A stretch of DNA of 32,862 nt, counting the filler, from Candidatus Woesearchaeota archaeon (lineage in GTDB: Archaea; Nanobdellota; Nanobdellia; Woesearchaeales; JABGUJ01), in assembly GCA_018646625.1 (NCBI GenBank). It is 3 parts of 2 records of this genome, joined end to end, with 100 filler letters (N's around TTAATTAATTAA, not from the genome) between each part and the next. Parts side by side here need not be neighbours in the genome. Positions count along the whole stretch, not along the records: positions 1 to 5,533 come from JABGUJ010000001.1; positions 5,634 to 10,608 come from JABGUJ010000003.1; 1 more part is not named here. The stretch is one strand, 5' to 3'. This document shows positions 1 through 9,024 of the stretch, piece by piece. Each line of letters begins with the position of its first letter. The first letter of the stretch is position 1. The notes beneath the pieces were generated by a model that was not told the DNA's origin, ran no database searches, and worked only from the letters and a program-made list of their open reading frames with translations. The position numbers and the translations under genes are program-made.

Positions 1-290
1 ACAATACGGCCCTGCGTTCAAAGAGATAACTCTTCCAACGCAACAAGAATATCCGTCAAACACATATATAAATATATAGCGGTACAAAAGTGTATACTAA
101 CGAGCCAGAGAAGACCAAAAAGAATTCTAAAGTCAATAATAAGACCGAGAGATAAAAAGAGAAGTTTAAACTAATATAAGACAATTGAAAAGAATTTAAA
201 GCGAGATAATAGGAAATGGTCCCACAAAAGTATAGCGAAAACAGCAAAAAAGAACAAAAATCAACAAGAATCGAGAAAAAAACAACAAAA

Positions 291-420
291 TGCGGGGGTA
301 GGGATTTGAACCCTAGTAGGCACTAAGCCAACAGGTATCTTCAAGTCATAGACACGAAGTGTCTCATCATACCAATGACATACCTAAGCCTGTCCCGTTT
401 GACCGCTCCGGCACCCCCGC
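291..420 (-). tRNA. tRNA-Leu(TAG) with 46-nt intron at canonical position 37/38 (intron 337-382)
   Basis: Reverse complement folds as GCGGGGG/CCCCCGC-A acceptor stem, ACAGG/CCTGT anticodon stem with loop CT-TAG-G[intron]A, long variable arm and TAGGG-TTCAAAT-CCCTA T arm; CCA not encoded. Confidence 0.95.
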
Positions 421-571
421 ATTATAATTGAGGTAGAAGAAAGAATCTGAAACCCCTATAAAAAGCTTTTGAATGGCTTCTAAGCCACCCCAGAACATAG
501 TAAGATTTAAATATGGAACCTAAATTCCAGGGGTAATAACTCGAATTTCAACGAACGAGGGGGTTCAAACA

Positions 572-796
572 ATGGAAGCCGCAAGACCTCTGGACATGCT
601 TAATGCTGCCAGAAACAAAAAAATCATAATTGAACAAAAAAACGGTAGACAATATACCGGAATACTGAAAGCATTCGATATCCACATAAACATAGTAATA
701 ACTGATGTTGAAGAGCTAGAGAATGGAGAAATCAAGCGAAAGCTTGGAAACGCATTCATTAGAGGAGACACAATAACAATCATATCACCTGAGTAA
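572..796 (+). CDS. Sm-like (Lsm/SmAP1) RNA-binding protein
   Basis: RPLDML start, Sm1 motif [13 protein letters not shown], Sm2 motif FIRGDTI; conserved archaeal position directly upstream of rpl37e. Confidence 0.95.
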   Translation: MEAARPLDMLNAARNKKIIIEQKNGRQYTGILKAFDIHINIVITDVEELENGEIKRKLGNAFIRGDTITIISPE

Positions 797-798
797 AA

Positions 799-963
799 AT
801 GACAAAAGGAACACCTTCTATGGGGAAGAAGTCGGGAAAGAAAACTCACATAATTTGTAGAAGGTGCGGTCAACACACATATCATTGCAGAAAAAAAAAA
901 TGTAGTAGCTGCGGATATGGTAACTCAAGCAAATTAAGATCCTACAATTGGAGTAAGAAATAA
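799..963 (+). CDS. rpl37e: 50S ribosomal protein L37e (54 aa, absent from the ORF track)
   Basis: Translated by hand: [59 protein letters not shown] start and CRRC...CSSCGY zinc ribbon. Confidence 0.97.
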   Translation: MTKGTPSMGKKSGKKTHIICRRCGQHTYHCRKKKCSSCGYGNSSKLRSYNWSKK

Positions 964-964
964 G

Positions 965-1339
965 ATGGCAACAACACAACACAGAGCAAAAAGGAAGAGT
1001 ACTGGTGGAAGATACAAAGCAGCCAGAAGTAAAAGAAAGTTTGAAATTGGAAGGTTAGCCATCTTAACCAAACTAGGTCTACAAAAAACAAAAACCGTTA
1101 AAACAAAGGGCGGAAATTCAAAATCAAAACTTGCATCTGGTGAAACTATTAACCTTGTTGGCAAGGATAATAAGATAGTTAAAGCAAAGATTCTAAACGT
1201 AATAGAAAACAAAGCAAACAGACACTTCGTAAGACGAAATATAATCACAAAAGGAACTGTCGTCGAAACAGACAAAGGACAAGCTAAAGTAACATCTCGT
1301 CCAGGTCAAGAAGCTGTACTAAACGGCGTTCTCGTTTAA
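965..1339 (+). CDS. rps8e: 30S ribosomal protein S8e
   Basis: KRKSTGGR, KRKFEIGR, KGGNSK, RRNIITKG and VTSRPGQ motifs. Confidence 0.97.
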   Translation: MATTQHRAKRKSTGGRYKAARSKRKFEIGRLAILTKLGLQKTKTVKTKGGNSKSKLASGETINLVGKDNKIVKAKILNVIENKANRHFVRRNIITKGTVVETDKGQAKVTSRPGQEAVLNGVLV

Positions 1340-1392
1340 TTTTTTATTCTATAAGCATTAATTATAAATAGAGACATCTCTAAAGAAATAGT

Positions 1393-2085
1393 ATGGTTAA
1401 TACTACTCAGAGAATCTACAACATTCTACACGAGAAGTACGATTCACAAAAATGGTGGCCAACTACTCTAACAGGAGATCTTCACCCTACATATCATGGA
1501 AAAAAACACAATGAAACACAACAATTTGAGATCATTGTTGGCACAATTCTAACACAAAACACATCATGGAAAAATGTTGAGAAAGCAATATTCAACTTAA
1601 ACAATAATAAACTTCTGTCAATTGAAAAGATAAAAAAAACAAAACAAGAAAAGATTGCTGAATTAATAAAACCGGCCGGCTACTTTAATCAGAAATCAGA
1701 ACGATTAAAAATTCTTTCAGAATATCTTTACAAAAAAACAATCAAAGAATTATTCTCGCAACCAATCAATAAATTAAGAGAAGAATTACTCTCAATAAAA
1801 GGTATTGGGCCCGAAACAGCAGATTCAATTATCTTATATTCAGCAAACAAAGCTACATTTGTAATTGATACATATACCAAAAGAATCTTTTCAAGAATTG
1901 GATTATGTAAAAAAGAGATAAAATATGAAGAATTACAGCAACAAATCACCACAGAACTGCCAAGAACAACAAAGCTTTTTAATGAGTACCACGCCTTACT
2001 AGTTGAACTTGCAAAGAGACACTGCAAAACCAAACCAGAATGTAATGAATGTCCTCTAAGTACAATATGCAAGAAGAAAATATGA
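1393..2085 (+). CDS. HhH-GPD DNA glycosylase, endonuclease III-related, with C-terminal 4Fe-4S motif
   Basis: FEIIVGTILTQNTSWKNV, HhH LLSIKGIGPETAD, FVIDTYTKR, C-terminal CKTKPECNECPLSTIC; Glu in place of the Nth lyase Lys suggests a monofunctional glycosylase. Confidence 0.9.
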   Translation: MVNTTQRIYNILHEKYDSQKWWPTTLTGDLHPTYHGKKHNETQQFEIIVGTILTQNTSWKNVEKAIFNLNNNKLLSIEKIKKTKQEKIAELIKPAGYFNQKSERLKILSEYLYKKTIKELFSQPINKLREELLSIKGIGPETADSIILYSANKATFVIDTYTKRIFSRIGLCKKEIKYEELQQQITTELPRTTKLFNEYHALLVELAKRHCKTKPECNECPLSTICKKKI

Positions 2086-2089
2086 AAAA

Positions 2090-2395
2090 ATGAGTGAAGA
2101 AAAGAAAGAATACAAAGTAAAAGAGCTTAAAGTTGGAATGAATGACATAACAATTGAAGTTGAAATTGATATGGTCGCACCCAGACAAAAGTACTGGGAA
2201 TATGGTGAAATGCCAAGAATAACTACAATAGTAAAAGACGATAGTGGAGACATAAAACTAACTTTATTTGGTGAAGAAAACGTAAAGAAAGCTAAAGAAG
2301 GTTTAAAGTTAAGGATCATCGAAGGTTACGTTACAGAATTCAGAGATCAACTACAACTTAACACAAAAAAAGATAAGCCAGTTGAATGGCTTTAA
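2090..2395 (+). CDS. single OB-fold ssDNA-binding protein (SSB/RPA-like)
   Basis: KVKELKVGM...[16 protein letters not shown]...[13 protein letters not shown] matches the archaeal OB-fold pattern. Confidence 0.8.
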   Translation: MSEEKKEYKVKELKVGMNDITIEVEIDMVAPRQKYWEYGEMPRITTIVKDDSGDIKLTLFGEENVKKAKEGLKLRIIEGYVTEFRDQLQLNTKKDKPVEWL

Positions 2396-2856
2396 TTTTT
2401 TTTCTTACCCTTTTTCTCATCTTTCCAAAGAAAGACTAAACACAACGCACCAACTGTTATGTAAATATCTGCAAAATTGAAAACAGGCCAATAAATAAAG
2501 TCAAGGAAGTCGATAACATATCCAAAGAAAACTCTGTCAAACAAATTTCCAAGTATACCTGCTAAAATTAAGACCACATAAACTCCCAACTCGTTTGGAA
2601 TTTTTCTATAATAATAAAAAATAAAACCAACTGCCAACACACTAACCAAGATAAGTAAAGCAGTTTTACCATAAAGAATGCTAAATCCAGCACCCAAATT
2701 CTCATGATAATTTATAGAGAATAAATTTCCTAAAACTTTAATTTTATCAAAAATAACATACTTAACATAAAGTTTTGAGAGAATATCTAATAAGAAAAGC
2801 ACAGGAGTAAAAATAAGAAAGACCTTATCTTTTCCTAACTTAGTAAACCAATTCAT
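2392..2856 (-). CDS. lspA: signal peptidase II (lipoprotein signal peptidase)
   Basis: [32 protein letters not shown] and [11 protein letters not shown] motifs with both catalytic Asp; start taken at MNWF (uncertain). Confidence 0.92.
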   Translation of the reverse strand: MNWFTKLGKDKVFLIFTPVLFLLDILSKLYVKYVIFDKIKVLGNLFSINYHENLGAGFSILYGKTALLILVSVLAVGFIFYYYRKIPNELGVYVVLILAGILGNLFDRVFFGYVIDFLDFIYWPVFNFADIYITVGALCLVFLWKDEKKGKKKN

Positions 2857-2888
2857 CTTACAAAAAAACAAAGAGAACTATAAAAGTC

Positions 2889-3470
2889 TTACCACACATT
2901 TTTGCGGCGACCATGATCATTAGATCTGGCCATATCTTCTATGTTAATCAAACGCTGATTCATACTATCAATTGCAGCTTTCAGAGCATCAAGTTTACTA
3001 GAAATAACCTCAATATCTTTAGAAACCATATAATCCGAAGATCCTGTATGCGTCGCATGATGCTGCTGCGCAGGCTGAGGAGGACCAAATGTATCATGAC
3101 TAGGATCATCAGGATGTAACTGAGGATGAGGATTCTGAGGCATAGCAGGAGCTTGAGAAGCACCCATATGCATAGGATCACTCAAACCAGGATCTTGACT
3201 CGGAGCACCCAAAGGATCATTATGAGGTGCAGCCATACCAGGATGTGCAGGAGATTGAGGACTTGCACCAAGACTTTGCAAAGGATCTGCAGCAGGATTT
3301 CCCATACTAGACGAACCTAAGCCACCACCTAAACCACCCATATCAGGCATACTGCCCAGACCAGAATCACCCATAGAACCTGAAGGAGAGGAATCAAATC
3401 CACCCATGTCTGAATTAAAATCTAAACTATCATTCTTTTTCCAGAACATTAGCTTATCTCCAATTCCCAT
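2889..3470 (-). CDS. hypothetical protein: short N-terminal amphipathic motif, G/S/P/M/H-rich disordered region, C-terminal coiled coil
   Basis: 193-aa ORF abutting the upstream gene; heptad pattern DIEVISSKLDALKAAIDSMNQRLINIE. Confidence 0.8.
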   Translation of the reverse strand: MGIGDKLMFWKKNDSLDFNSDMGGFDSSPSGSMGDSGLGSMPDMGGLGGGLGSSSMGNPAADPLQSLGASPQSPAHPGMAAPHNDPLGAPSQDPGLSDPMHMGASQAPAMPQNPHPQLHPDDPSHDTFGPPQPAQQHHATHTGSSDYMVSKDIEVISSKLDALKAAIDSMNQRLINIEDMARSNDHGRRKNVW

Positions 3471-4238
3471 TCATGCACCCCTTTTTTCTACCGCAGATAT
3501 CGCCTGACGCACTATATTCTCAGGTAGATAGTCTACAAACTTAAACAAAAGTGTCTTTGGGTATATAATAATGTTACCTTTTTTTATCTCTAAAAGCATA
3601 TTAGCGCTAGATTCAGTACCTTTAGACAAAAATTCGTTTGAAAGCATTGCAAAAACTAATTGTTTAACATAAACATCACTACCTAATTGATCTTTTATCG
3701 ACAAATACATTCCTTCTTCATGGGTTAGATTACGACTTTTTATTATTCGATTTGCAACTAAATCTCTAGGAATCTTTGAGCGCAAAAGAGTTAGAGCAAA
3801 AGATTTGTTAAAAGAATAATTATCTAAAAATATATCAAAAGTTTCCATTTCATCAAACACAGGCATAGAAAAAACTAAAGTTTTGTAATACCCCTCGGAA
3901 ATATCATTTAAGCCTTCATCACCAAACTTAAACATCTCAACCATACTTGAAAACTCAGAATCATTAAAATAAATTGCAGCATTGCCTTGAGATGGATCAA
4001 TTGCTAAAGCACTAATCAACTCGCCATTTTCTGAAAGCAAAAATAAATTTTTAGATATAGGAAAATTTTCATTAAAATTTTTAACATCTTGCATTACAAA
4101 CACAGACCCAACCAAAACTAAAACGCCAATCACAGACATAAAATAGAAAAGAACTCTGGCAACAGGATGTTTTGAACGATAAATCCAAATATTTAGCGCA
4201 ATAAATCCAAGAACAACAATAATCCACAATATTGACAT
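3471..4238 (-). CDS. hypothetical membrane protein, two N-terminal TM helices
   Basis: 255-aa ORF, GAGGTGA RBS upstream, hydrophobic segments at aa ~3-20 and ~28-49. Confidence 0.8.
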   Translation of the reverse strand: MSILWIIVVLGFIALNIWIYRSKHPVARVLFYFMSVIGVLVLVGSVFVMQDVKNFNENFPISKNLFLLSENGELISALAIDPSQGNAAIYFNDSEFSSMVEMFKFGDEGLNDISEGYYKTLVFSMPVFDEMETFDIFLDNYSFNKSFALTLLRSKIPRDLVANRIIKSRNLTHEEGMYLSIKDQLGSDVYVKQLVFAMLSNEFLSKGTESSANMLLEIKKGNIIIYPKTLLFKFVDYLPENIVRQAISAVEKRGA

Positions 4239-4301
4239 CCATTCACCTCTAATAAAACAACAGTAGAAAACGTTTAAAAAACTTATGAAAAAAAGAAAAA
4301 A

Positions 4302-5528
4302 TTAGTTAACAATCTCAAACACAGGAGCTCTGTTAACATTTTCAACAACAACTTTTACTTCTTGAGATACCGTATTCTGACCATCAGACACAGTCACCAC
4401 AACTTTATGCACACCAGCATCATCATAACCGGTTTCTTTGGCATCACTAGTCATCCAACCCGAATAAGTAATAGTCATCTCTTCATTCTCAGGATCAGTA
4501 ACTTTAGGCATCAAAGTAACAGTATCGCCTTCTTTCACAGTAATAGTTGAGATTTCTTCAATCATAGGCGCATCATTCGCACTACCAACTGAAAGTTTAA
4601 TGGTTTTTTCATCAGAAAGATCACCATCGCTAACTGAAACAGTAAGATCATACACACCAGCATCTCCTGTTTTACTTTGCCAAACACCATTACTATTCAA
4701 AGGCAAACTAAAACTCAAAGTCAACTTATCGCCATCAGGATCCAAAGCAACAGGTCTTAACTCCAACCTATCTCCTTCTTCCATCTGAATATCACTCATC
4801 TGTTTTAGAACAGGCGCTCTGTTCACATCATTAACTACAACTTTAGCGTCTTTCTTAACAACATTCATACCATCAGAAACGGTAACAGTAACTTTATGCA
4901 CACCCGCATCGTTGAATCCGGTAGTGTAACTGCTAGTTGTCATCCAACCTGAATAAGTCACAGTAACATCATCGTTCTCGGGATCAGAGAAAACAGAAGT
5001 TATCTCAACAATTTCCCCCTCTTCAACAACCACATCCAAGATATCTTCTAACACAGGTGGATGATTTAACGAATCTACAAGAATTCTAAACTTCTTTGAA
5101 ACAGTTGCAGAACCATCATTTGCTTCCACATCAACTTCATACAATCCAGAATCTCCTTTACCCGTCTGCCACTCACCATTTTCATCTAAAGGAGGACCAA
5201 AAGTAAATTTAACTCTATCCCCATCAGGATCATCATAATTCAATTTAAGCCTAACCAATTCGCCTTCTTTAACAATTAAATCAGCATCAACCTTATTATT
5301 AACTGGATCTATCAATTCTAAATCCTCACTAAGACTATCTAATTCAGAAAGTTCATCATCAACTTCAATATCATCAATCAACTCAACTTGTTCAATATCA
5401 TCAAGAACCACCATACCTGTTGGCCCACCATTTGCAAATCTCTCTCTAATTGTATTCTGGAATGAACAACCCACAAACATACTCAAAAAGAGCAACAATA
5501 CTACAGAAAAAATAAGACCTCTTTTCAT
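4302..5528 (-). CDS. putative surface lipoprotein with four cadherin-like/Ig repeats (ABAB)
   Basis: Signal peptide ending MFVGC (lipobox-like); repeated NxxP, V-x-EG, DP(D/E)(G/N)(D/E), V-x-VSDG motifs; SGWMT...DAGVHKV occurs twice. Confidence 0.85.
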   Translation of the reverse strand: MKRGLIFSVVLLLFLSMFVGCSFQNTIRERFANGGPTGMVVLDDIEQVELIDDIEVDDELSELDSLSEDLELIDPVNNKVDADLIVKEGELVRLKLNYDDPDGDRVKFTFGPPLDENGEWQTGKGDSGLYEVDVEANDGSATVSKKFRILVDSLNHPPVLEDILDVVVEEGEIVEITSVFSDPENDDVTVTYSGWMTTSSYTTGFNDAGVHKVTVTVSDGMNVVKKDAKVVVNDVNRAPVLKQMSDIQMEEGDRLELRPVALDPDGDKLTLSFSLPLNSNGVWQSKTGDAGVYDLTVSVSDGDLSDEKTIKLSVGSANDAPMIEEISTITVKEGDTVTLMPKVTDPENEEMTITYSGWMTSDAKETGYDDAGVHKVVVTVSDGQNTVSQEVKVVVENVNRAPVFEIVN

Positions 5529-5533
5529 AAGTT

Positions 5534-5633
5534 NNNNNNNNNNNNNNNNNNNNNNNNNNNNNNNNNNNNNNNNNNNNTTAATTAATTAANNNNNNNNNNN
5601 NNNNNNNNNNNNNNNNNNNNNNNNNNNNNNNNN
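5534..5633. other. artificial assembly linker (44 N + TTAATTAATTAA + 44 N)
   Basis: Exactly 100 bp with a six-frame stop cassette at 5578-5589. Confidence 0.97.
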
Positions 5634-5635
5634 CA

Positions 5636-6586
5636 TACGAACCATGCAAAGACTTCTGTGACAATTTCAAATTAGGACTAAAAAACTTAAGAGAATCTAC
5701 TAAAAGAAGCTACAGTGTATTAATGCATTTCTTTGAGAACGAAGCAAGCAAAGTTACCAAAGAAATAAACACACTAATTAACGTAATAAGCGAAATTGAA
5801 GATCAAATTGATGGTAACTTAAAACCCATACTTGAAGTTGAAGATAAAATAAGTCAACTAAACAAAGAAATAAGAACCCAATTCAAACAAGGCGATGAAC
5901 TAGAAGGAGATAAAACAAACCTAAACAAAGCAAAGAAAAGTCTTGAAAAAATCGATAAAGAACTAGAACAATTGTTAAAAAGTGAAGAATTCAAAAACGT
6001 CGAGAGATTAAAAAACAAAAAAGATAATATTCTTAACGAACTAAAACAAAACGACTACGCAATTATTAACATATTCTCACCTTTAGAAACCCCTCTAAAG
6101 AAACTCGAAAGAGTATCAATAGATGGAAATGCACTCATAGAAAAATATGCCACAAACCCTACGGCAGCTTTAGAAGAAGATTCAGAATTAAAGATTATGC
6201 AAATTCTCACTAAACTATCTAATGCTATAAACACAGAACAGATAGATGTAAGAGATAAAAAGAAAGAAAAAGCTCTCGAAGCAATAGAAAAAGTTGACAA
6301 ATCCCAATTACAATCATACAAAACACGTAGAGAACAACTTAAACAAACTCAGCTAGAGAACGAAAGAACTCTGAAAAACAGCAGAATTGGAAAGGATATT
6401 GACGAATGCGAATATCGTAAAGAACATCTCAGAGATAAAATCAAGAGACTAGAAGACAAAACTGCAACAACTGAGAAAAAGCTTGAAGCAAAAGATATAG
6501 AAAACATAAAGAACTCAATCACAGAAGATGCAGAACATTTATTCAACACTAAAATCAAAATAAAAGACGATGAAGCCGATAATTGA
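5636..6586 (+). CDS. long coiled-coil protein, 5'-truncated by the linker
   Basis: Frame is open from 5636 (YEPCKDFCDNF...) through the track start at 5723; E/K/L heptads throughout; no ATPase motif in the visible part. Confidence 0.8.
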   Translation, partial: YEPCKDFCDNFKLGLKNLRESTKRSYSVLMHFFENEASKVTKEINTLINVISEIEDQIDGNLKPILEVEDKISQLNKEIRTQFKQGDELEGDKTNLNKAKKSLEKIDKELEQLLKSEEFKNVERLKNKKDNILNELKQNDYAIINIFSPLETPLKKLERVSIDGNALIEKYATNPTAALEEDSELKIMQILTKLSNAINTEQIDVRDKKKEKALEAIEKVDKSQLQSYKTRREQLKQTQLENERTLKNSRIGKDIDECEYRKEHLRDKIKRLEDKTATTEKKLEAKDIENIKNSITEDAEHLFNTKIKIKDDEADN

Positions 6587-7028
6587 TTTCATTAAGAAAT
6601 TCACCGATGCAGAGATTGCACCAATAAAGAAAATACATAGATCATACTATCTAGTTAATAAAGAAATAGAAACTCTTGCAGAAAAGATAGAAGAAAACCT
6701 AGTTGCAGAAGGACTATTTCTAGGAGAAGAAAAAGATAAAAGATTCAAACCAAGCGTCGCATTACTAGAAATAATCGCAAAAACAAGCGATAGAAAAATA
6801 TTCGTAGATGATAAAGCAGAATGGCTATTTCTTTGTGGAAGAGATATCTTCGGCAAATCAATAACTAAAGCTAATGTAAAAAGAGGACTTGTTCTTGTAC
6901 AGAACAAACGTGATGAAAATTTAGGATTTGCAAAAATCACAGGAGACATAACTAAAAAGGACTTGGTTGTTGTTACAAATATATTAGATAGGGGCGACTT
7001 TCTTAGAAGAGAAAGAAAGAAGCGTTAA
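6570..7028 (+). CDS. NIP7-like PUA-domain ribosome biogenesis protein
   Basis: GLFLGE...FKPS, KAEWLFLCGRDIF, VLVQN...LGFA and NILDRGDFLRRE resemble archaeal Nip7. Confidence 0.75.
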   Translation: MKPIIDFIKKFTDAEIAPIKKIHRSYYLVNKEIETLAEKIEENLVAEGLFLGEEKDKRFKPSVALLEIIAKTSDRKIFVDDKAEWLFLCGRDIFGKSITKANVKRGLVLVQNKRDENLGFAKITGDITKKDLVVVTNILDRGDFLRRERKKR

Positions 7029-7042
7029 TTAAGAAATCAAAC

Positions 7043-7456
7043 TCAACCGATCCGATAACCTAACTTCAAATAATTCTCTAAAGGCAAGAATAACGGACTT
7101 GGTAAATCTTCAGGAGAAAACCAGTGCACTTCTGTCAACTCATCTTCTGAATTAACCTTAGGCTCGCCAGCATCATATTCGCATCTCATAAAGATTGTAA
7201 CATAATGCTTATCTTCAGAAGTATGAAAATCATTAGTGACACCTGCAAATTTAATATTCTTTACAGTTATCCCAACTTCTTCTTCTGTTTCTCTCATAGC
7301 ACAGCCTTCCCAAGTTTCAAAACCTTCTAAATGACCACCCGGAAAACTCCAAGTATCTTTACCATGCTCAGAACATCTTTTTTGCAAAAGCACTTTACCA
7401 TCTTTAACTATTATCACCCCAACACCGACTTTAGGTCTTTTAGATTTATCAGTCAT
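7043..7456 (-). CDS. Nudix hydrolase, NUDT15/MTH2-like nucleoside triphosphate diphosphatase
   Basis: Nudix box GGHLEGFETWEGCAMRETEEEVGI, plus RPKVGVGV, HYVTIFM and LPSPLFLPL; GGAGGGG RBS before the ATG at 7456. Confidence 0.9.
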   Translation of the reverse strand: MTDKSKRPKVGVGVIIVKDGKVLLQKRCSEHGKDTWSFPGGHLEGFETWEGCAMRETEEEVGITVKNIKFAGVTNDFHTSEDKHYVTIFMRCEYDAGEPKVNSEDELTEVHWFSPEDLPSPLFLPLENYLKLGYRIG

Positions 7457-7458
7457 AA

Positions 7459-8007
7459 TCAACACCCCTCCAAGAATTCTTTAAATTTTAACAAAGCCTT
7501 TTTTCTGTGACTTATTTCATTCTTTTGTTCAGCACTCATCTCAGCAAACGTTTTCTCAAAACCATCCGGCAAGAATATTGGATCCCATCCAAAATCGCTC
7601 TCGCCTTTAATTGGAACAATCTTACCATCAACTCGGCCCTTCAGAACCACAGAATCTTTACCAGGTTCACAATAACCCACCATGCAAACAGCGTAAGCAC
7701 TTTTATCCTCGTAGCCACTTAATAATTTAACTAATCCCTCTCTTCCCAACTTAGCCAAGAAATCTTTAATATACGGACCAGGCAATCCATTTAATGCATT
7801 AAAACATAAAGAAACATCTTCCACAAACACCGGCTCTTTCAACATCTCCGCAGCCAGCTTTGCTTTTTCACTTGCAATATACTCAGGCTCTCCCTGCAAT
7901 TCAGGCAGATCTATTTTCTTACTATCAACATCATAACCAACCAAAATTTCTTTAGCTTCCTTTAACTTATTCGCATTACCAGTAATGAAAAATAATCTTT
8001 TACTCAT
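7459..8007 (-). CDS. inosine/xanthosine triphosphate pyrophosphatase (ITPase, HAM1/RdgB family)
   Basis: [29 protein letters not shown] and KNEISHR motifs; likely start MSKR at 8007 overlapping the upstream stop. Confidence 0.95.
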   Translation of the reverse strand: MSKRLFFITGNANKLKEAKEILVGYDVDSKKIDLPELQGEPEYIASEKAKLAAEMLKEPVFVEDVSLCFNALNGLPGPYIKDFLAKLGREGLVKLLSGYEDKSAYAVCMVGYCEPGKDSVVLKGRVDGKIVPIKGESDFGWDPIFLPDGFEKTFAEMSAEQKNEISHRKKALLKFKEFLEGC

Positions 8008-8389
8008 TAAACTCACCATTCTTTTCTTTAACTTTAACTTTCTTCCACTTATCAAGTTCTTCTTCTCTACTCAAACCATTATTCTCATCAAAAATATGAT
8101 CCTTACGTCTTCTAATCTTAGCCAAAGAATCTTCGATAACATCTTTACCAGTAAAATCATATTTTTCTTCAGCCATAATCATCATCATTAAAGTATTCCA
8201 GAAAACATCTCCCAACTCTTCCATCACATTATGACCATCATCATTGTCCAAAGCCTGTTTTAACTCCTCAACTTCACCAGCCAAATGCTCATGCAAATCA
8301 AATAGATCTCTCTTTCTAGAAAAATCAGAATTCTTCCTATCAATCTTCAAGATTTCATAAAACTCATCAAATCTGTCTTTCATGTTCAA
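8000..8389 (-). CDS. MazG-like nucleotide pyrophosphohydrolase
   Basis: EVEEL...[10 protein letters not shown] and [10 protein letters not shown]...WKKVK match the MazG N-terminal domain. Confidence 0.88.
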   Translation of the reverse strand: MNMKDRFDEFYEILKIDRKNSDFSRKRDLFDLHEHLAGEVEELKQALDNDDGHNVMEELGDVFWNTLMMMIMAEEKYDFTGKDVIEDSLAKIRRRKDHIFDENNGLSREEELDKWKKVKVKEKNGEFNE

Positions 8390-8921
8390 TCATCAACTCA
8401 GGATAAGATGAAGTAATGTACGTTTCACCATATTCTATGTTATTATCATCCAAAAATTTTAAACAATCGTCTTTAGTTATCGCAACCTCTTTTGTAGAGC
8501 TAATAACCTCAACTTCAATAAAAGTACCCAATCCCACAACTTCATCTAACACAACTTCAAACTCGCCACAGTTATAGTACTCCCTTGTTTTATCAATCAC
8601 ACAACTTTTCTTAAAGTTCAAATGCTCTAAAATACTAAACATTCTTTCCACTTCATCAATCTTAACTTCATACTCTTCAGAATGCTCCGACTTCTCCCCT
8701 TGACTACACACTTTGTGATATGCAATCTGAGAATTGTCTGGTTGAACTCTTATTCTGAAAAACTCCTTAGCAGGAAGCTTTTCAAAAAAGTCTCTATGAC
8801 TAGGAACAAAATAAGTATCAACTTGCCTCACAGTTTTTACATGAGAACCAACTTTCTGCAAAATCTCTTTTGCTTTAGCTTTATCAGAAATCTTAACCTT
8901 TACTTCAACTTCTATATTCAA
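8367..8921 (-). CDS. CYTH-domain protein (class IV adenylate cyclase/triphosphatase)
   Basis: IEVEVK (ExExK), QVDTYF, RIR, IDKTREYY and VVLDEVVGLGTFIEVE; probable TTG start at 8921 after GGGTGG. Confidence 0.9.
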   Translation of the reverse strand: MNIEVEVKVKISDKAKAKEILQKVGSHVKTVRQVDTYFVPSHRDFFEKLPAKEFFRIRVQPDNSQIAYHKVCSQGEKSEHSEEYEVKIDEVERMFSILEHLNFKKSCVIDKTREYYNCGEFEVVLDEVVGLGTFIEVEVISSTKEVAITKDDCLKFLDDNNIEYGETYITSSYPELMIEHERQI

Positions 8922-9024
8922 AATCAACCACCCTATAACACAAGTCACATTAGGACCTATTTAAAGATTCACCCTATAACACAAAAATATTATATAGTCT
9001 GCCTACAACCCATATTCGAAAAGC

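Noticed and set aside
56..247. 63-aa hydrophobic minus-strand ORF
   Set aside because: The F/L/S/Y-rich translation is what a T-rich non-coding strand gives; no RBS or recognisable motif.
891..900. A10 run in rpl37e as a possible frameshift or phase-variation site
   Set aside because: The frame is intact (RKKK) and gives a normal L37e.
565..2319. Antisense ORFs over Lsm, rps8e, the glycosylase and the OB-fold gene (and similar shadow ORFs elsewhere, e.g. 6055-6949, 11032-11512, 27826-28885)
   Set aside because: They overlap well-supported genes on the other strand or frame and have no family motifs.
5578..5589. TTAATTAATTAA as a biological palindrome (also 10653-10664)
   Set aside because: Centred in N runs at both sites; assembly linker.
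5636..6586. SMC/Rad50 call for the coiled-coil protein
   Set aside because: No Walker, signature, hinge or CxxC hook motif in the visible portion.
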